Assembly (NCBI GenBank): GCA_049279635.1
Contig: JBAPOM010000092.1
Span: 60,457 to 124,456, forward strand
Direction of reading: 5' to 3'
Length of the DNA stretch: 64,000 nucleotides
Source of the DNA: Candidatus Acidiferrales bacterium
Lineage (GTDB): Bacteria; Acidobacteriota; Terriglobia; Acidiferrales; UBA7541
The position numbers and the translations under genes were made by a program. Shown in pieces: positions 49,081 to 57,504 of the stretch; position 1 is the first letter of the stretch, and every line of letters starts with the position of its first letter. The notes under the pieces are model-generated. The model searched no databases. It was not told where the DNA came from and saw only the letters and a list, made by a program, of their open reading frames with translations.

Positions 49081-49979
49081 TTGGCCGCCTGCGCCGAGCC
49101 GCTGATATGCGTGCGCGTGATTTCGTCGTAACTTTCGGGGCGGCGATCGCGATAGAACTGCCAGGTCGCGCGCACTTCCTGGATTTCGTCGAGATTCAGG
49201 TCGGCGACGACGAGTTCGTCCTTATCGCGGCTGGCCTGCGCGACGATTTTGCCGCGCGGATTGCAGAAATAGCTTTTGCCGTAAAATTCGCCGATGCTCC
49301 ACGGCTTTTCGGTGCCCACGCGATTGATCGCCGCGACGAAATATTGATTGGCCACGGCGTGTGCGGGCTGCTCGAGTTCCCAGAGATATTCGGAGAGGCC
49401 GGCAACCGTGGCGGAAGGATTGAAGACGATTTCAGCGCCGTTCAGGCCGAGAATGCGCGCGCCCTCGGGGAAATGGCGGTCGTAGCAGATGTAGACGCCG
49501 ATGCGTCCATGGCGCGTTTCGAAAACGGGATAGCCGGCATTTCCCGGCGTGAAATAGAATTTTTCCCAGAAACCCGGATGGCAGTGCGGGATGTGATGCT
49601 TGCGATATTTTCCGAGATACCTGCCGTCGGCATCGAAGACGGCTGCGGTGTTGTAGAAGACGCCGGCCATTTCGACTTCGTAGATGGGCACGACGAGGAC
49701 CATCTTGTGCTTGCGCGCGAGCTTCTGCATGCGCGCGAGCGTCGGGCCGTTGGGGACGCTTTCGGTGAGCTCGTACCATTTGGCATTCTGTTCGGCGCAG
49801 AAATAGGGGCCATAGAAAAGCTCTTGCAGGCCGAGGACCTGGACATTTTTCTTCGCCGCGTCCGCGATCATCTTTTCGTGCTTCGCGATCATTTTTTCTT
49901 TGATTTGCGCGAGCGAGTATTTTTCGGGCGACCACTCGCACTTCGCCTGGATGACACCACAACGCACGATCCGCGGCAT
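49077..49979 (-). CDS. Beta-ureidopropionase (nitrilase-superfamily N-carbamoyl-beta-alanine amidohydrolase)
   Basis: The CN-hydrolase fold is present, with QELF (Glu), YRKHHIP (Lys) and ICYDRHFPE (Cys). It lies in an operon with other pyrimidine-degradation genes. Confidence 0.85.
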   Translation of the reverse strand: MPRIVRCGVIQAKCEWSPEKYSLAQIKEKMIAKHEKMIADAAKKNVQVLGLQELFYGPYFCAEQNAKWYELTESVPNGPTLARMQKLARKHKMVLVVPIYEVEMAGVFYNTAAVFDADGRYLGKYRKHHIPHCHPGFWEKFYFTPGNAGYPVFETRHGRIGVYICYDRHFPEGARILGLNGAEIVFNPSATVAGLSEYLWELEQPAHAVANQYFVAAINRVGTEKPWSIGEFYGKSYFCNPRGKIVAQASRDKDELVVADLNLDEIQEVRATWQFYRDRRPESYDEITRTHISGSAQAAN

Positions 49980-50092
49980 CGAATGCCTCCTGAGCCTGAT
50001 TCGTGCAAGTCTACTATTCGAGGGCGGGGGCTACAACACGGAAGCGGGATAAAGAACGATTAGGCGGTTCTCATTACCGCGGAGCGCAAAAC

Positions 50093-50266
50093 TCACGGAT
50101 GTTGTTCCACCGCAGACGCCTGCTTCTCAGCGAGCTCATATCGTGCGAGCTTTCCTTTGTAAATGCCCAATTTGTAAGACAGGATGATGATTGCCACGCC
50201 TTCACCGATGCAGACTGTTAGGAATCCGCCAATGATTAACAAACCCAGAATCGCTTGGTTGCTCAT
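50093..50266 (-). CDS. Candidate 57-aa single-TM small protein, absent from the ORF track because it is under 60 aa
   Basis: My own translation is MSNQAILGLLIIGGFLTVCIGEGVAIIILSYKLGIYKGKLARYELAEKQASAVEQHP*. AAGGAGG lies at 50272-50278, 5 nt upstream of the ATG. The patch is about 49% GC. Confidence 0.45.
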   Translation of the reverse strand: MSNQAILGLLIIGGFLTVCIGEGVAIIILSYKLGIYKGKLARYELAEKQASAVEQHP

Positions 50267-50439
50267 GTCTTACCTCCTTCCAGCTCCCTCTATATCATGG
50301 GCGGGGGGCCAAATTGTGGGCGTCTTTTCGGCTCGGCTTTTCCAGTCGATCGGCAAAAGCTTAGGTCGACAGGGCGGGTAACGGAGAATTCCGGCGGCGA
50401 GCGGGATGATACTATGAGGCCGGTAAAGCGAGGGGACTG

Positions 50440-51651
50440 ATGGCGGCGAACGCTCATTTTGAGCGCGTGATCTGGATTGTGCTCGACAGCGTGGGGATCG
50501 GCGAGCTGCCGGACGCGGCGGACTATGGGGATGTGGGACGCGACACGCTGGGGCATATCGCGCGGTCGCGGCCGCTGCGATTGCCGAATCTGGTGCGGCT
50601 TGGGCTTGCCAATATCAAGCCGCTGGCGAACCTCACGCCGCCCGCGCGCGCCGCCGGATATTTCGGCAAAGGCGCTACCGTTTCGCCTGGCAAGGATACG
50701 ACGACGGGGCACTGGGAAATGGCGGGCATTTGGCTCGACCACGCGTTTCCTGTGTACCCGCACGGCTTTCCGAAAGAGCTGATCGCGGAATTCGAGCGGC
50801 GGATCGGGCGGCGCACGCTCGGCAATAAACCTGCGTCCGGCACGGAGATCATCAAGGAACTCGGCGAGGAACATGTGCGCACGGGCTGGCCGATCGTCTA
50901 CACGTCGGGCGACAGCGTGTTTCAGATCGCGGCGCACGAAGAGGTGATCCCGATTGGCGAGCTGTATCGCGAGTGCGAGATCGCGCGGGCGCTGCTCGAC
51001 GGGCCGAACCGCGTGGGGCGAGTGATCGCGCGGCCGTTTACGGGCACGGCAGGAAATTTCCGGCGCACCGAGCGAAGGCACGATTACGCCGTCGAGCCGC
51101 CGAAGCCGATGCTGCTCGACGTGCTCGCGGATCGCGGCGTGCCGGTGTTCGGCGTCGGCAAAATCCACGACATTTACAACGGCCGCGGCGTGAAAGATTA
51201 CGCCACGACGAAAAACAACGCCGACGGCATGGCCAAAATTTCGGAAACGCTCGCGCAACGGGCGAGCGGGCTGATTTTCGCAAATCTCGTCGATTTCGAC
51301 ATGCTGTACGGGCACCGCAAGGACGTGGAGGGATTCGCGCGGTCGCTCGAGGAATTTGACGCGATGCTCGGGCCATTTCTCGATGGCATGCGGGCGTCCG
51401 ATCTGCTGCTGATCACCGCGGACCACGGCTGCGATCCCGATCCGGTGAATCCGACGACCGACCATTCGCGCGAGTATGTCCCGATTCTGGCATTCAGCCC
51501 CGGAGCGGCGGGCGGCGGGAACCTGGGGATTCGATCGACGCTTGCCGACATGGGGCAGACGGTGGCGGACAATTTCAGCGGCGCGATTCCGCACGGAACG
51601 AGTTTTCTGGGTGAAATTACCGCCGGGCTGGCTGAGACGGCTCGGGGATGA
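50440..51651 (+). CDS. deoB: Phosphopentomutase
   Basis: VIWIVLDSVGIGELPDA, GKDTTTGHWEM, and ADHGCDP motifs. 403 aa. Confidence 0.92.
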   Translation: MAANAHFERVIWIVLDSVGIGELPDAADYGDVGRDTLGHIARSRPLRLPNLVRLGLANIKPLANLTPPARAAGYFGKGATVSPGKDTTTGHWEMAGIWLDHAFPVYPHGFPKELIAEFERRIGRRTLGNKPASGTEIIKELGEEHVRTGWPIVYTSGDSVFQIAAHEEVIPIGELYRECEIARALLDGPNRVGRVIARPFTGTAGNFRRTERRHDYAVEPPKPMLLDVLADRGVPVFGVGKIHDIYNGRGVKDYATTKNNADGMAKISETLAQRASGLIFANLVDFDMLYGHRKDVEGFARSLEEFDAMLGPFLDGMRASDLLLITADHGCDPDPVNPTTDHSREYVPILAFSPGAAGGGNLGIRSTLADMGQTVADNFSGAIPHGTSFLGEITAGLAETARG

Positions 51652-52981
51652 CCCGGCGGATGAGTTTACGCGGGGCCGGCGGCTGGTCGGCGACTTGGAA
51701 GCTTTGCTCGAGGAGTTTGCTCGCGTGGGCGGCGCGCGACTCCGAATTATAGGTGATCGTGCATAGCGGCTCGCGAGACGAAACCCGATCGCATACCTTC
51801 TTGTGAAGAATGATGCCGACTGCGGGATCGACCGCGTCCTCTTTTTTCTCGCGTCCGCCGCCCAGGATCACGCACGCCGTTCCGACAAGTTCTGACTGGA
51901 TCGCGCTTACGAAGCCGGTTTTCGCAGCGAGGACATCGACAGACTTCTTCGCGCGTGGCAGCCTCTTCGGATCGTCGATCACCCGTGGGTCGCCGCCCTG
52001 CAATGAAACCATCTGGCGGAATTTATCGAGGGCCTGGCCGGAGCGGATGATCTGCTCTGAGAGTGTTTTTCCTTCCGCGATCGTACTCGCGCGGCCGCCG
52101 AGATGAAACATCCAAGCGGCCAGCTCGAGGCAGAGCTCGCGCAGATCCTCCGGGCCTTGACCGAGCAGCACGTCGAGGACTTCCTCGACTTCGAGAGCAT
52201 TGCCGATGCGCAGGCCGAGCGGCTGGTCCATATCGGTGATCAGCGCGACCATTTTCTTTCCCATGCGTTGGCCGGTTTCGACCATCAGCTCGGCGAGGAA
52301 AGCCGCGTCTTTGTCGGTCTTCATGAACGCGCCCGAGCCGGTTTTCACGTCGAGGACGAGGCCGTCGACGCCCTCCGCGAGCTTTTTGCTCATGATCGAC
52401 GCGCAGATCAGGTAGGGGCTTTCGACGGTGCCCGTGACATCGCGCAGAGAATAGAGTTTGCGGTCGGCGGGCGCGATCTCGGCTGTCTGGCCGATCATCG
52501 CGCAGCCGCAGGCGTGCAGCACTTCGCGAAAGCGGGCGAGCGAAAGCTGCACGTTGAATCCGGGAATGGATTCGAGCTTGTCGAGCGTGCCGCCGGTGTG
52601 GCCGAGGCCGCGGCCGCTGATCATCGGAACGATCAGGCCGCCCGCGGCGGCGAGCGGCGCGAGGACGAGCGAAGTTTTGTCGCCGACGCCACCGGTTGAA
52701 TGCTTGTCGATTTTAGCTGGCGAGAATTCGGAGAGGTCGAGCACCTCGCCCGAGTGGAGCATGGAATCTGTGAGAGCGGCGGTTTCCGCTCGGCTCAAGC
52801 CCTTCAGCAGGACGGCCATCAGCCACGCGGAGACCTGGTAATCGGGGATTTCGCCGCGGGTGTAGCCGCCGACGAGGGATTCGATTTCGGCGCGCGAGAG
52901 TTCGAGGCCATCGCGCTTCTTGCGGATCACGTCGATCGCGCGGATCGGGCCGGCGGCGGAGGAATCCGGTGCGTCGCTCAC
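51617..52981 (-). CDS. deoA: Thymidine / pyrimidine-nucleoside phosphorylase
   Basis: IDVIRKKRDG, DKHSTGGVGDKTS, and ISGRGLGHTGGTLDKLE. The GTG start at 52981 overlaps the cdd stop (GTGA). The track ORF extension to 53209 overlaps cdd and was discarded. Confidence 0.88.
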   Translation of the reverse strand: MSDAPDSSAAGPIRAIDVIRKKRDGLELSRAEIESLVGGYTRGEIPDYQVSAWLMAVLLKGLSRAETAALTDSMLHSGEVLDLSEFSPAKIDKHSTGGVGDKTSLVLAPLAAAGGLIVPMISGRGLGHTGGTLDKLESIPGFNVQLSLARFREVLHACGCAMIGQTAEIAPADRKLYSLRDVTGTVESPYLICASIMSKKLAEGVDGLVLDVKTGSGAFMKTDKDAAFLAELMVETGQRMGKKMVALITDMDQPLGLRIGNALEVEEVLDVLLGQGPEDLRELCLELAAWMFHLGGRASTIAEGKTLSEQIIRSGQALDKFRQMVSLQGGDPRVIDDPKRLPRAKKSVDVLAAKTGFVSAIQSELVGTACVILGGGREKKEDAVDPAVGIILHKKVCDRVSSREPLCTITYNSESRAAHASKLLEQSFQVADQPPAPRKLIRRVIPEPSQPARR

Positions 52982-53391
52982 TTCAGGCGGAATCCTTCCG
53001 GCAGCAGCTCGTTGATCTTGAGTTTCTTCTGGCCCTTCGCGCTCTGGAAATAGACGGTCGCCTTCGGGCCGAATTCGTAGATCACCTGGCGGCAGGCTCC
53101 GCAGGGCGCGCACGGGGCGTTGTGGTTGTTGACGATGGCGATCGCCTCGATTTCCATTTTCGGGCCGAGGCTCGCGACGGCGGAAAAGATTGCGGTGCGC
53201 TCGGCGCAATTGGTCATTCCATAGGAGGCGTTTTCGACATTGCAGCCGGCGAAGATTTGCCCCTTGGTGGTTAACAGCGCGGCGCCTACCTTGAATTTGG
53301 AGTATGGTGCGTGGGCGTTGCGCATGGCCGCGCGAGCCACTTCCAGCAATTGTTTACGTGTCGCGTTACTGCGCGAATTCCGTTTTGGCAT
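52978..53391 (-). CDS. cdd: Cytidine deaminase
   Basis: Zinc motifs CAERTAIF and PCGACRQV. 137 aa from ATG 53391. Confidence 0.9.
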   Translation of the reverse strand: MPKRNSRSNATRKQLLEVARAAMRNAHAPYSKFKVGAALLTTKGQIFAGCNVENASYGMTNCAERTAIFSAVASLGPKMEIEAIAIVNNHNAPCAPCGACRQVIYEFGPKATVYFQSAKGQKKLKINELLPEGFRLK

Positions 53392-53482
53392 TTGACCTGC
53401 CAGGGCCGGATTGAAAGCTTGCAGCAAAATGCTGCACCGCGATTGCGAGAAATCGTTGTTAGCGTAGTAATATTCGTAGGCG

Positions 53483-54214
53483 ATGTCGAGCCCAAACTCA
53501 GTTTCCGGCAAGGCGGCGTCATTCGATACCTGGCAGAGCATTGCCAGGATCATCGATCACACGCAGCTGCGCCCCGAGGCCACAGCCAGCCAGATCATCA
53601 AACTATGCGACGAGGCCAGAGAATTTGGCTTTGGGGCTGTGATGCTGAACCCCTGCTACGTCGGGCTCGCGCATTCGCGCCTGCAGGGAAGCGTCGTGAA
53701 GGTGGGGGCCGTGATCGGCTTTCCGCTTGGGGCGACGCTCGCGAGCGTGAAGCGGTTCGAGGCGGCCGAGGCTCTGAAGCTGGGAGCGGTCGAGATCGAC
53801 ATGGTGCAAAACATCGGCGCGCTCAAATCGGGCAATCGCGATCTCGTTTCTACGGAGATTCGCGCGCTGGCCGAGCTGGCGCACGAGCGCGGGGCGCTGC
53901 TCAAGGTAATCCTCGAGATGGGGCTGCTCTCCGAGGAAGAAAAAGTGATCGCGTGCGAGCTGAGCGAGAAGGCTGGCGCCGACTTCGTGAAAACGTCGAC
54001 CGGATTTCTCGGCGGCGTAGCAACAGTGGCAGATGTGGCGCTGATGCGGCGCACGGTGAAGATCGGCGTGAAGGCGTCGGGGGGGATTCGCAGCGCAGCC
54101 GATGCGAAGGCAATGATCGAGGCTGGGGCGGGGCGCCTCGGAACCAGCGCCGGCGTGAATATCATCCGCGAATTGCGGAACGAATCGACAAGCGACGCCA
54201 AGAGCGCATATTAG
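53483..54214 (+). CDS. deoC: Deoxyribose-phosphate aldolase
   Basis: IDHTQLRPEAT, VIGFPLGA, the EIDMV motif, and the Schiff-base Lys region DFVKTSTGF. Confidence 0.9.
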   Translation: MSSPNSVSGKAASFDTWQSIARIIDHTQLRPEATASQIIKLCDEAREFGFGAVMLNPCYVGLAHSRLQGSVVKVGAVIGFPLGATLASVKRFEAAEALKLGAVEIDMVQNIGALKSGNRDLVSTEIRALAELAHERGALLKVILEMGLLSEEEKVIACELSEKAGADFVKTSTGFLGGVATVADVALMRRTVKIGVKASGGIRSAADAKAMIEAGAGRLGTSAGVNIIRELRNESTSDAKSAY

Positions 54215-54337
54215 CGTGGAATTGAGCGGGTGCTCCTGCGGCTCGGCGTGAGCTTGTGGCGCGATGCCGCGCTGAAGCCAGCGGCGCTACATTTAAACCT
54301 TAAAACCCTAGAGTAAGGCGATTGGAACCATCGGGCC

Positions 54338-54832
54338 CTACTGTTTCGTGAAGCCGATCCAGCGGCCGAAGGCGACGACGAGGATCCACAGCACCAGGGA
54401 GATGCCGCCTGCAATCTTGGCGGTGCGCGGGGTGCGCGTGGCGTGGTTCCACGCGGCGATGCCGCGGCGCGTCCAGAATTCGAAGTAGGCCGTGTTGATG
54501 CCCGCCAGCAACAACGTCAGCATCTTCAGCCGGAAGGGGATGTTCTGGTAATACTTCGTGGCGCTCGAGGTGAAAAGCAGGCCGCCGGCAATCGCGGCGA
54601 TTACAAAGGCGGAGCGAGTCCAGGGCATTACGTCGTCGTAGATTTCCGTGACGCTGCGATCGCGCGAAGCTAAATCGAGCAGCCGAAGATCGAACATCGC
54701 GATCGAGCCGACCACAATGACGATGGACAGCACGTGGATCGTTTCAATCGTCGGGAAAAGCCAGGTGGATACGCGAATGTTTTCAGCGACGCGCGTGCTC
54801 TCGAGCCATACACAGAGCCTGAGGATCCCCAT
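54338..54832 (-). CDS. Hypothetical 4-TM membrane protein (paralog 1; possibly DUF6644-like)
   Basis: Hydrophobic helices with a conserved His in helix 1 (PTIETIHVLSIVIVVGS) and a FDLRLL motif shared with the next gene. The C-terminus reads GRWIGF. Confidence 0.65.
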   Translation of the reverse strand: MGILRLCVWLESTRVAENIRVSTWLFPTIETIHVLSIVIVVGSIAMFDLRLLDLASRDRSVTEIYDDVMPWTRSAFVIAAIAGGLLFTSSATKYYQNIPFRLKMLTLLLAGINTAYFEFWTRRGIAAWNHATRTPRTAKIAGGISLVLWILVVAFGRWIGFTKQ

Positions 54833-54898
54833 TACGATTCGTTTTCCCGTGACCCCATTGAGCGACTACACGCCGTCGCGGCGGAATCAAGCGTGCGA

Positions 54899-55375
54899 TC
54901 ACACATAGGCGATCCACCGTCCCGCGGTGACGATTGCCATCCACAACAGCAACGACACGACTCCGACCGCGGCCGCCGCGATTCTGCGATTCTCCCAGAA
55001 TGTGGCGTCGCGCTTATTCATCTGCTGGACGGCCAGTGTGATCAGGCTCACGGTGGCGACCATCGCCATCTTTGTGCGGAACGCCCAATTCAGCAGCTCG
55101 CGACCAGGCTCGCCGATGATCAGGATCGCGCCAGTGGCGGCGAGGATCAAGAGCACGCGCCACACCCACGGGACGAAACGATCGACCATGCGCGAAATCG
55201 GCTGCCGCTTCCCGGTGATGCCGATCAGGCGCAGGTCGAGCATGGCCATCGACGCCATCACGATCGACACGCTGAGGATGTGAACCGTCTGAACCGCCGG
55301 AATGATCCAGACGACGGTCTGTATTTTTAGGCTGACGGGCGTATTCGAAAGCCAGTCGCAGAACGCCTGAACCAT
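54899..55375 (-). CDS. Hypothetical 4-TM membrane protein (paralog 2)
   Basis: Collinear with 54338-54832 (PAVQTVHILSVSIVMAS, LDLRLI, GRWIAY). ATG 55375 was chosen so that its length matches the paralog. Confidence 0.65.
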   Translation of the reverse strand: MVQAFCDWLSNTPVSLKIQTVVWIIPAVQTVHILSVSIVMASMAMLDLRLIGITGKRQPISRMVDRFVPWVWRVLLILAATGAILIIGEPGRELLNWAFRTKMAMVATVSLITLAVQQMNKRDATFWENRRIAAAAVGVVSLLLWMAIVTAGRWIAYV

Positions 55376-55536
55376 TGGCGGTCCCCCGACCCCAAATTTC
55401 GGTCGGAATAGTACATTGTCGCCGCCGTTCTGTCGAACGAATTGAGCGAATCGGGAAAAGCCGCTTGGGCACAAGCGACGTTGACGCCGGCGCAAAAGAT
55501 TTGTACAGTGCCGGGCACATTCGATCATTGGGGGGA

Positions 55537-56325
55537 ATGGTGCGAACAAAACTCAGTTTTGCGGGGAGCTTCTTGTTTCTTCTTGGCCTTGCGGCGGCTG
55601 TGCCTTGCGCGCAGGGGCAGCAGAAGGCGACGCCGGAGGTGTTTCCAGAGGGGGCGCTGGCGCCGGACAATTTGGCGAAGCCGCGCCCGAAGCCGCCGTT
55701 CGATCTGACGGGCACCTGGACGGTCGATCTGAGCGCCGGGTTCAGTTCGTTCATGTTCGGGCCGCCGTACCCGAAGTTTCTGCCGGATGCGCAGGCCGCG
55801 TACGACGAGTCGAAGAAGTACGCCGCCGAGCACAAGGCGTATCGCGACGACATCGGCCACTGCTATCCGGCGGGCATGCCGATGATCATGACGCGCGTCT
55901 GGCCGATTGCCATGATTCAGCTGCCGACCGCGATCTACATGGTCAGCGGGTTTGAAAACGCGCTGCGGATTATTTATCTGGATGGACGGCCGCACACTCC
56001 TGACGACATCGTGGTGCGAACATTCAACGGCGATTCCGTCGGGCACTGGGAAGGCGACGCGCTCGTCGTCGACACCAACAGCATGGTCACCGATCACCAC
56101 TGGATCGATCAGGGATTGCCGGTGAGCGACGAATTTCACATGGTCGAGACCATGCGCCTGCAGGACGGCGGGAAGAGGCTCGAGATCAAATATCAGATGT
56201 GGGATCCCAAGAATTGGGTGGGCGAATGGGACAGTACGAAGCACTGGATCCGCGTGGATGATACGGACATCACGGAAGTGGAGTGTACGCCGGATTTGAA
56301 CCAGCATTTGCTGAGTACGCAGTAG
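55537..56325 (+). CDS. Secreted hypothetical protein (paralog A1) with CxPxGMPxIM and GDSxGHWEGDxLVxDT motifs
   Basis: Signal peptide FLFLLGLAAAVPCAQG. It shares motifs with 57505-58299. Confidence 0.65.
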   Translation: MVRTKLSFAGSFLFLLGLAAAVPCAQGQQKATPEVFPEGALAPDNLAKPRPKPPFDLTGTWTVDLSAGFSSFMFGPPYPKFLPDAQAAYDESKKYAAEHKAYRDDIGHCYPAGMPMIMTRVWPIAMIQLPTAIYMVSGFENALRIIYLDGRPHTPDDIVVRTFNGDSVGHWEGDALVVDTNSMVTDHHWIDQGLPVSDEFHMVETMRLQDGGKRLEIKYQMWDPKNWVGEWDSTKHWIRVDDTDITEVECTPDLNQHLLSTQ

Positions 56326-56342
56326 GGCGGGTCTGCAGTTGT

Positions 56343-56366
56343 AGGGGCGCTGCTTGCTGCGCCCCT
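56343..56366. terminator. GC-rich hairpin between convergent genes (candidate bidirectional terminator)
   Basis: aggggcgc (56343-56350) pairs with gcgcccct (56359-56366), giving an 8-nt loop. It lies 18 nt after one stop codon and 44 nt after the other. Confidence 0.5.
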
Positions 56367-56409
56367 GACCTTGGCGTTTGGCTGCCCTACGCGCTGTATT
56401 GCCGTCGCG

Positions 56410-56838
56410 TTAGTAGGGCGAGCCGGAGGCGCCGGGCTGCTTGGGCTGCGCGCGATAGGTGGGATCGGCGAGGACCGTGCCGTCCGCGAGCTTCACGTAC
56501 ATGAAGCTGCCGCCCTTGTCGCCATTGCGCAGCGGGTGGATGACGATCGTCACCTTATCGCCGGGCTTGAGCGAGGTGGAGCGCCAGCCCTGCTTGGCGA
56601 GATTGTTGGGGCTGTTGCACTCGACGCTCCAGCGATCGGTGCCGCCTGAGCTGTTGGGGACGTCGATCGAGATCCAGCTGTGAGGATTGGTCCAATCGAA
56701 TTGGACGATCGTGCCGGTCAGCGGAACCTGCTTGTCGTGGTCGAACATTGCGGCGGAGTGATGCGCGACGGCGGTTCCGGCGAATGTCATCGCCAGTAGT
56801 AGAGCGGCGCCCAAGCATACGATCGATCGAGTTTTCAT
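56410..56838 (-). CDS. Small secreted protein (paralog B1; possibly DUF6152-like), predicted mature N-terminus HHS
   Basis: Signal peptide ending AVA, followed immediately by HHSAAMFD (His-His codons at 56758-56763). Conserved motifs WTNPHSWI, ECNSPNNL and PLRNGDKGG. ATG 56838 sits behind GGGGAG; an alternative ATG lies at 56853. Confidence 0.7.
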   Translation of the reverse strand: MKTRSIVCLGAALLLAMTFAGTAVAHHSAAMFDHDKQVPLTGTIVQFDWTNPHSWISIDVPNSSGGTDRWSVECNSPNNLAKQGWRSTSLKPGDKVTIVIHPLRNGDKGGSFMYVKLADGTVLADPTYRAQPKQPGASGSPY

Positions 56839-56914
56839 CGTTTTGCTCCCCATCCTCGAAATCCATTCACGCGCAACGTGCGTTATAAGATTGCCGGAAA
56901 TTCAGCCAATCGCT

Positions 56915-57319
56915 TTAAGGCTGCTTTTCTGCCGAACGGAATGCTGCCTCGTCGAGCATTTGGCCGTTCGCGAAAGTCAGTGCTATGAAGAGGCCGCCTT
57001 TGTCCCCATTCCGTAGCGGCCAGAACATGACCGTGACCTTGTCGCCCGGCTTGAGGCTGTCGGAATGCCAGCCTTGCCGCGAAAGATTGTTCGGGCTATT
57101 GCACTCGAGGCTCCAGTGAGTGGTGCCGCCCTTGCTGTCGGGAATGTCGATCTCGATCCAGCTGTGCGGGTTGGTCCATTGGAATTGCGTGACGGTGGCG
57201 ACCGTGGTGATTTTCTTCGAACGGTCAAACATCGCGAACGAATGATGCGCAGAGGCAGTACCGGCGACGACAAGTATTAGGGCGCCCAGGCATCCAACCA
57301 GCGACTTCCGTATCATCAT
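56915..57319 (-). CDS. Small secreted protein (paralog B2), predicted mature N-terminus HHS
   Basis: Signal peptide ending ASA, followed by HHSFAMFD (His-His codons at 57242-57247). It is about 60% identical by eye to 56410-56838. Confidence 0.7.
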   Translation of the reverse strand: MMIRKSLVGCLGALILVVAGTASAHHSFAMFDRSKKITTVATVTQFQWTNPHSWIEIDIPDSKGGTTHWSLECNSPNNLSRQGWHSDSLKPGDKVTVMFWPLRNGDKGGLFIALTFANGQMLDEAAFRSAEKQP

Positions 57320-57504
57320 GGCCCCCGACCAAGAAACTTCCTCCGGCCCCGAACCGCCGGGCCAGCCCTCACGGAAAGTGTAAATACTATAATATGCGGC
57401 GAGACAGATAGCCATATTTTGATGCAAAATGGCTCGCTTCGTTTTGGGGGGAAGGGCGTTCGCCGCACAAGCCGTCGCGGGGCGTTCTTCGAATGGAGGC
57501 GAAG

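Noticed and set aside
50290-51594. 434-aa minus-strand ORF opposite deoB; similar cases at 59383-60351, 60767-61801, 20979-21944, 23167-24267, 38866-39798, 39818-40777 and 40910-42076
   Set aside because: All overlap genes with strong family signatures, either on the other strand or in another frame. Their composition is the characteristic R/H/A/G-rich pattern of non-coding frames in high-GC DNA.
57388-57393. TATAAT hexamer in an AT-rich patch of the B2/A2 divergent spacer, considered as a -10 promoter element
   Set aside because: I found no convincing -35 element at 16-18 nt on either strand, and promoter consensus for this lineage is uncertain. It is mentioned in a finding but not annotated as a feature.
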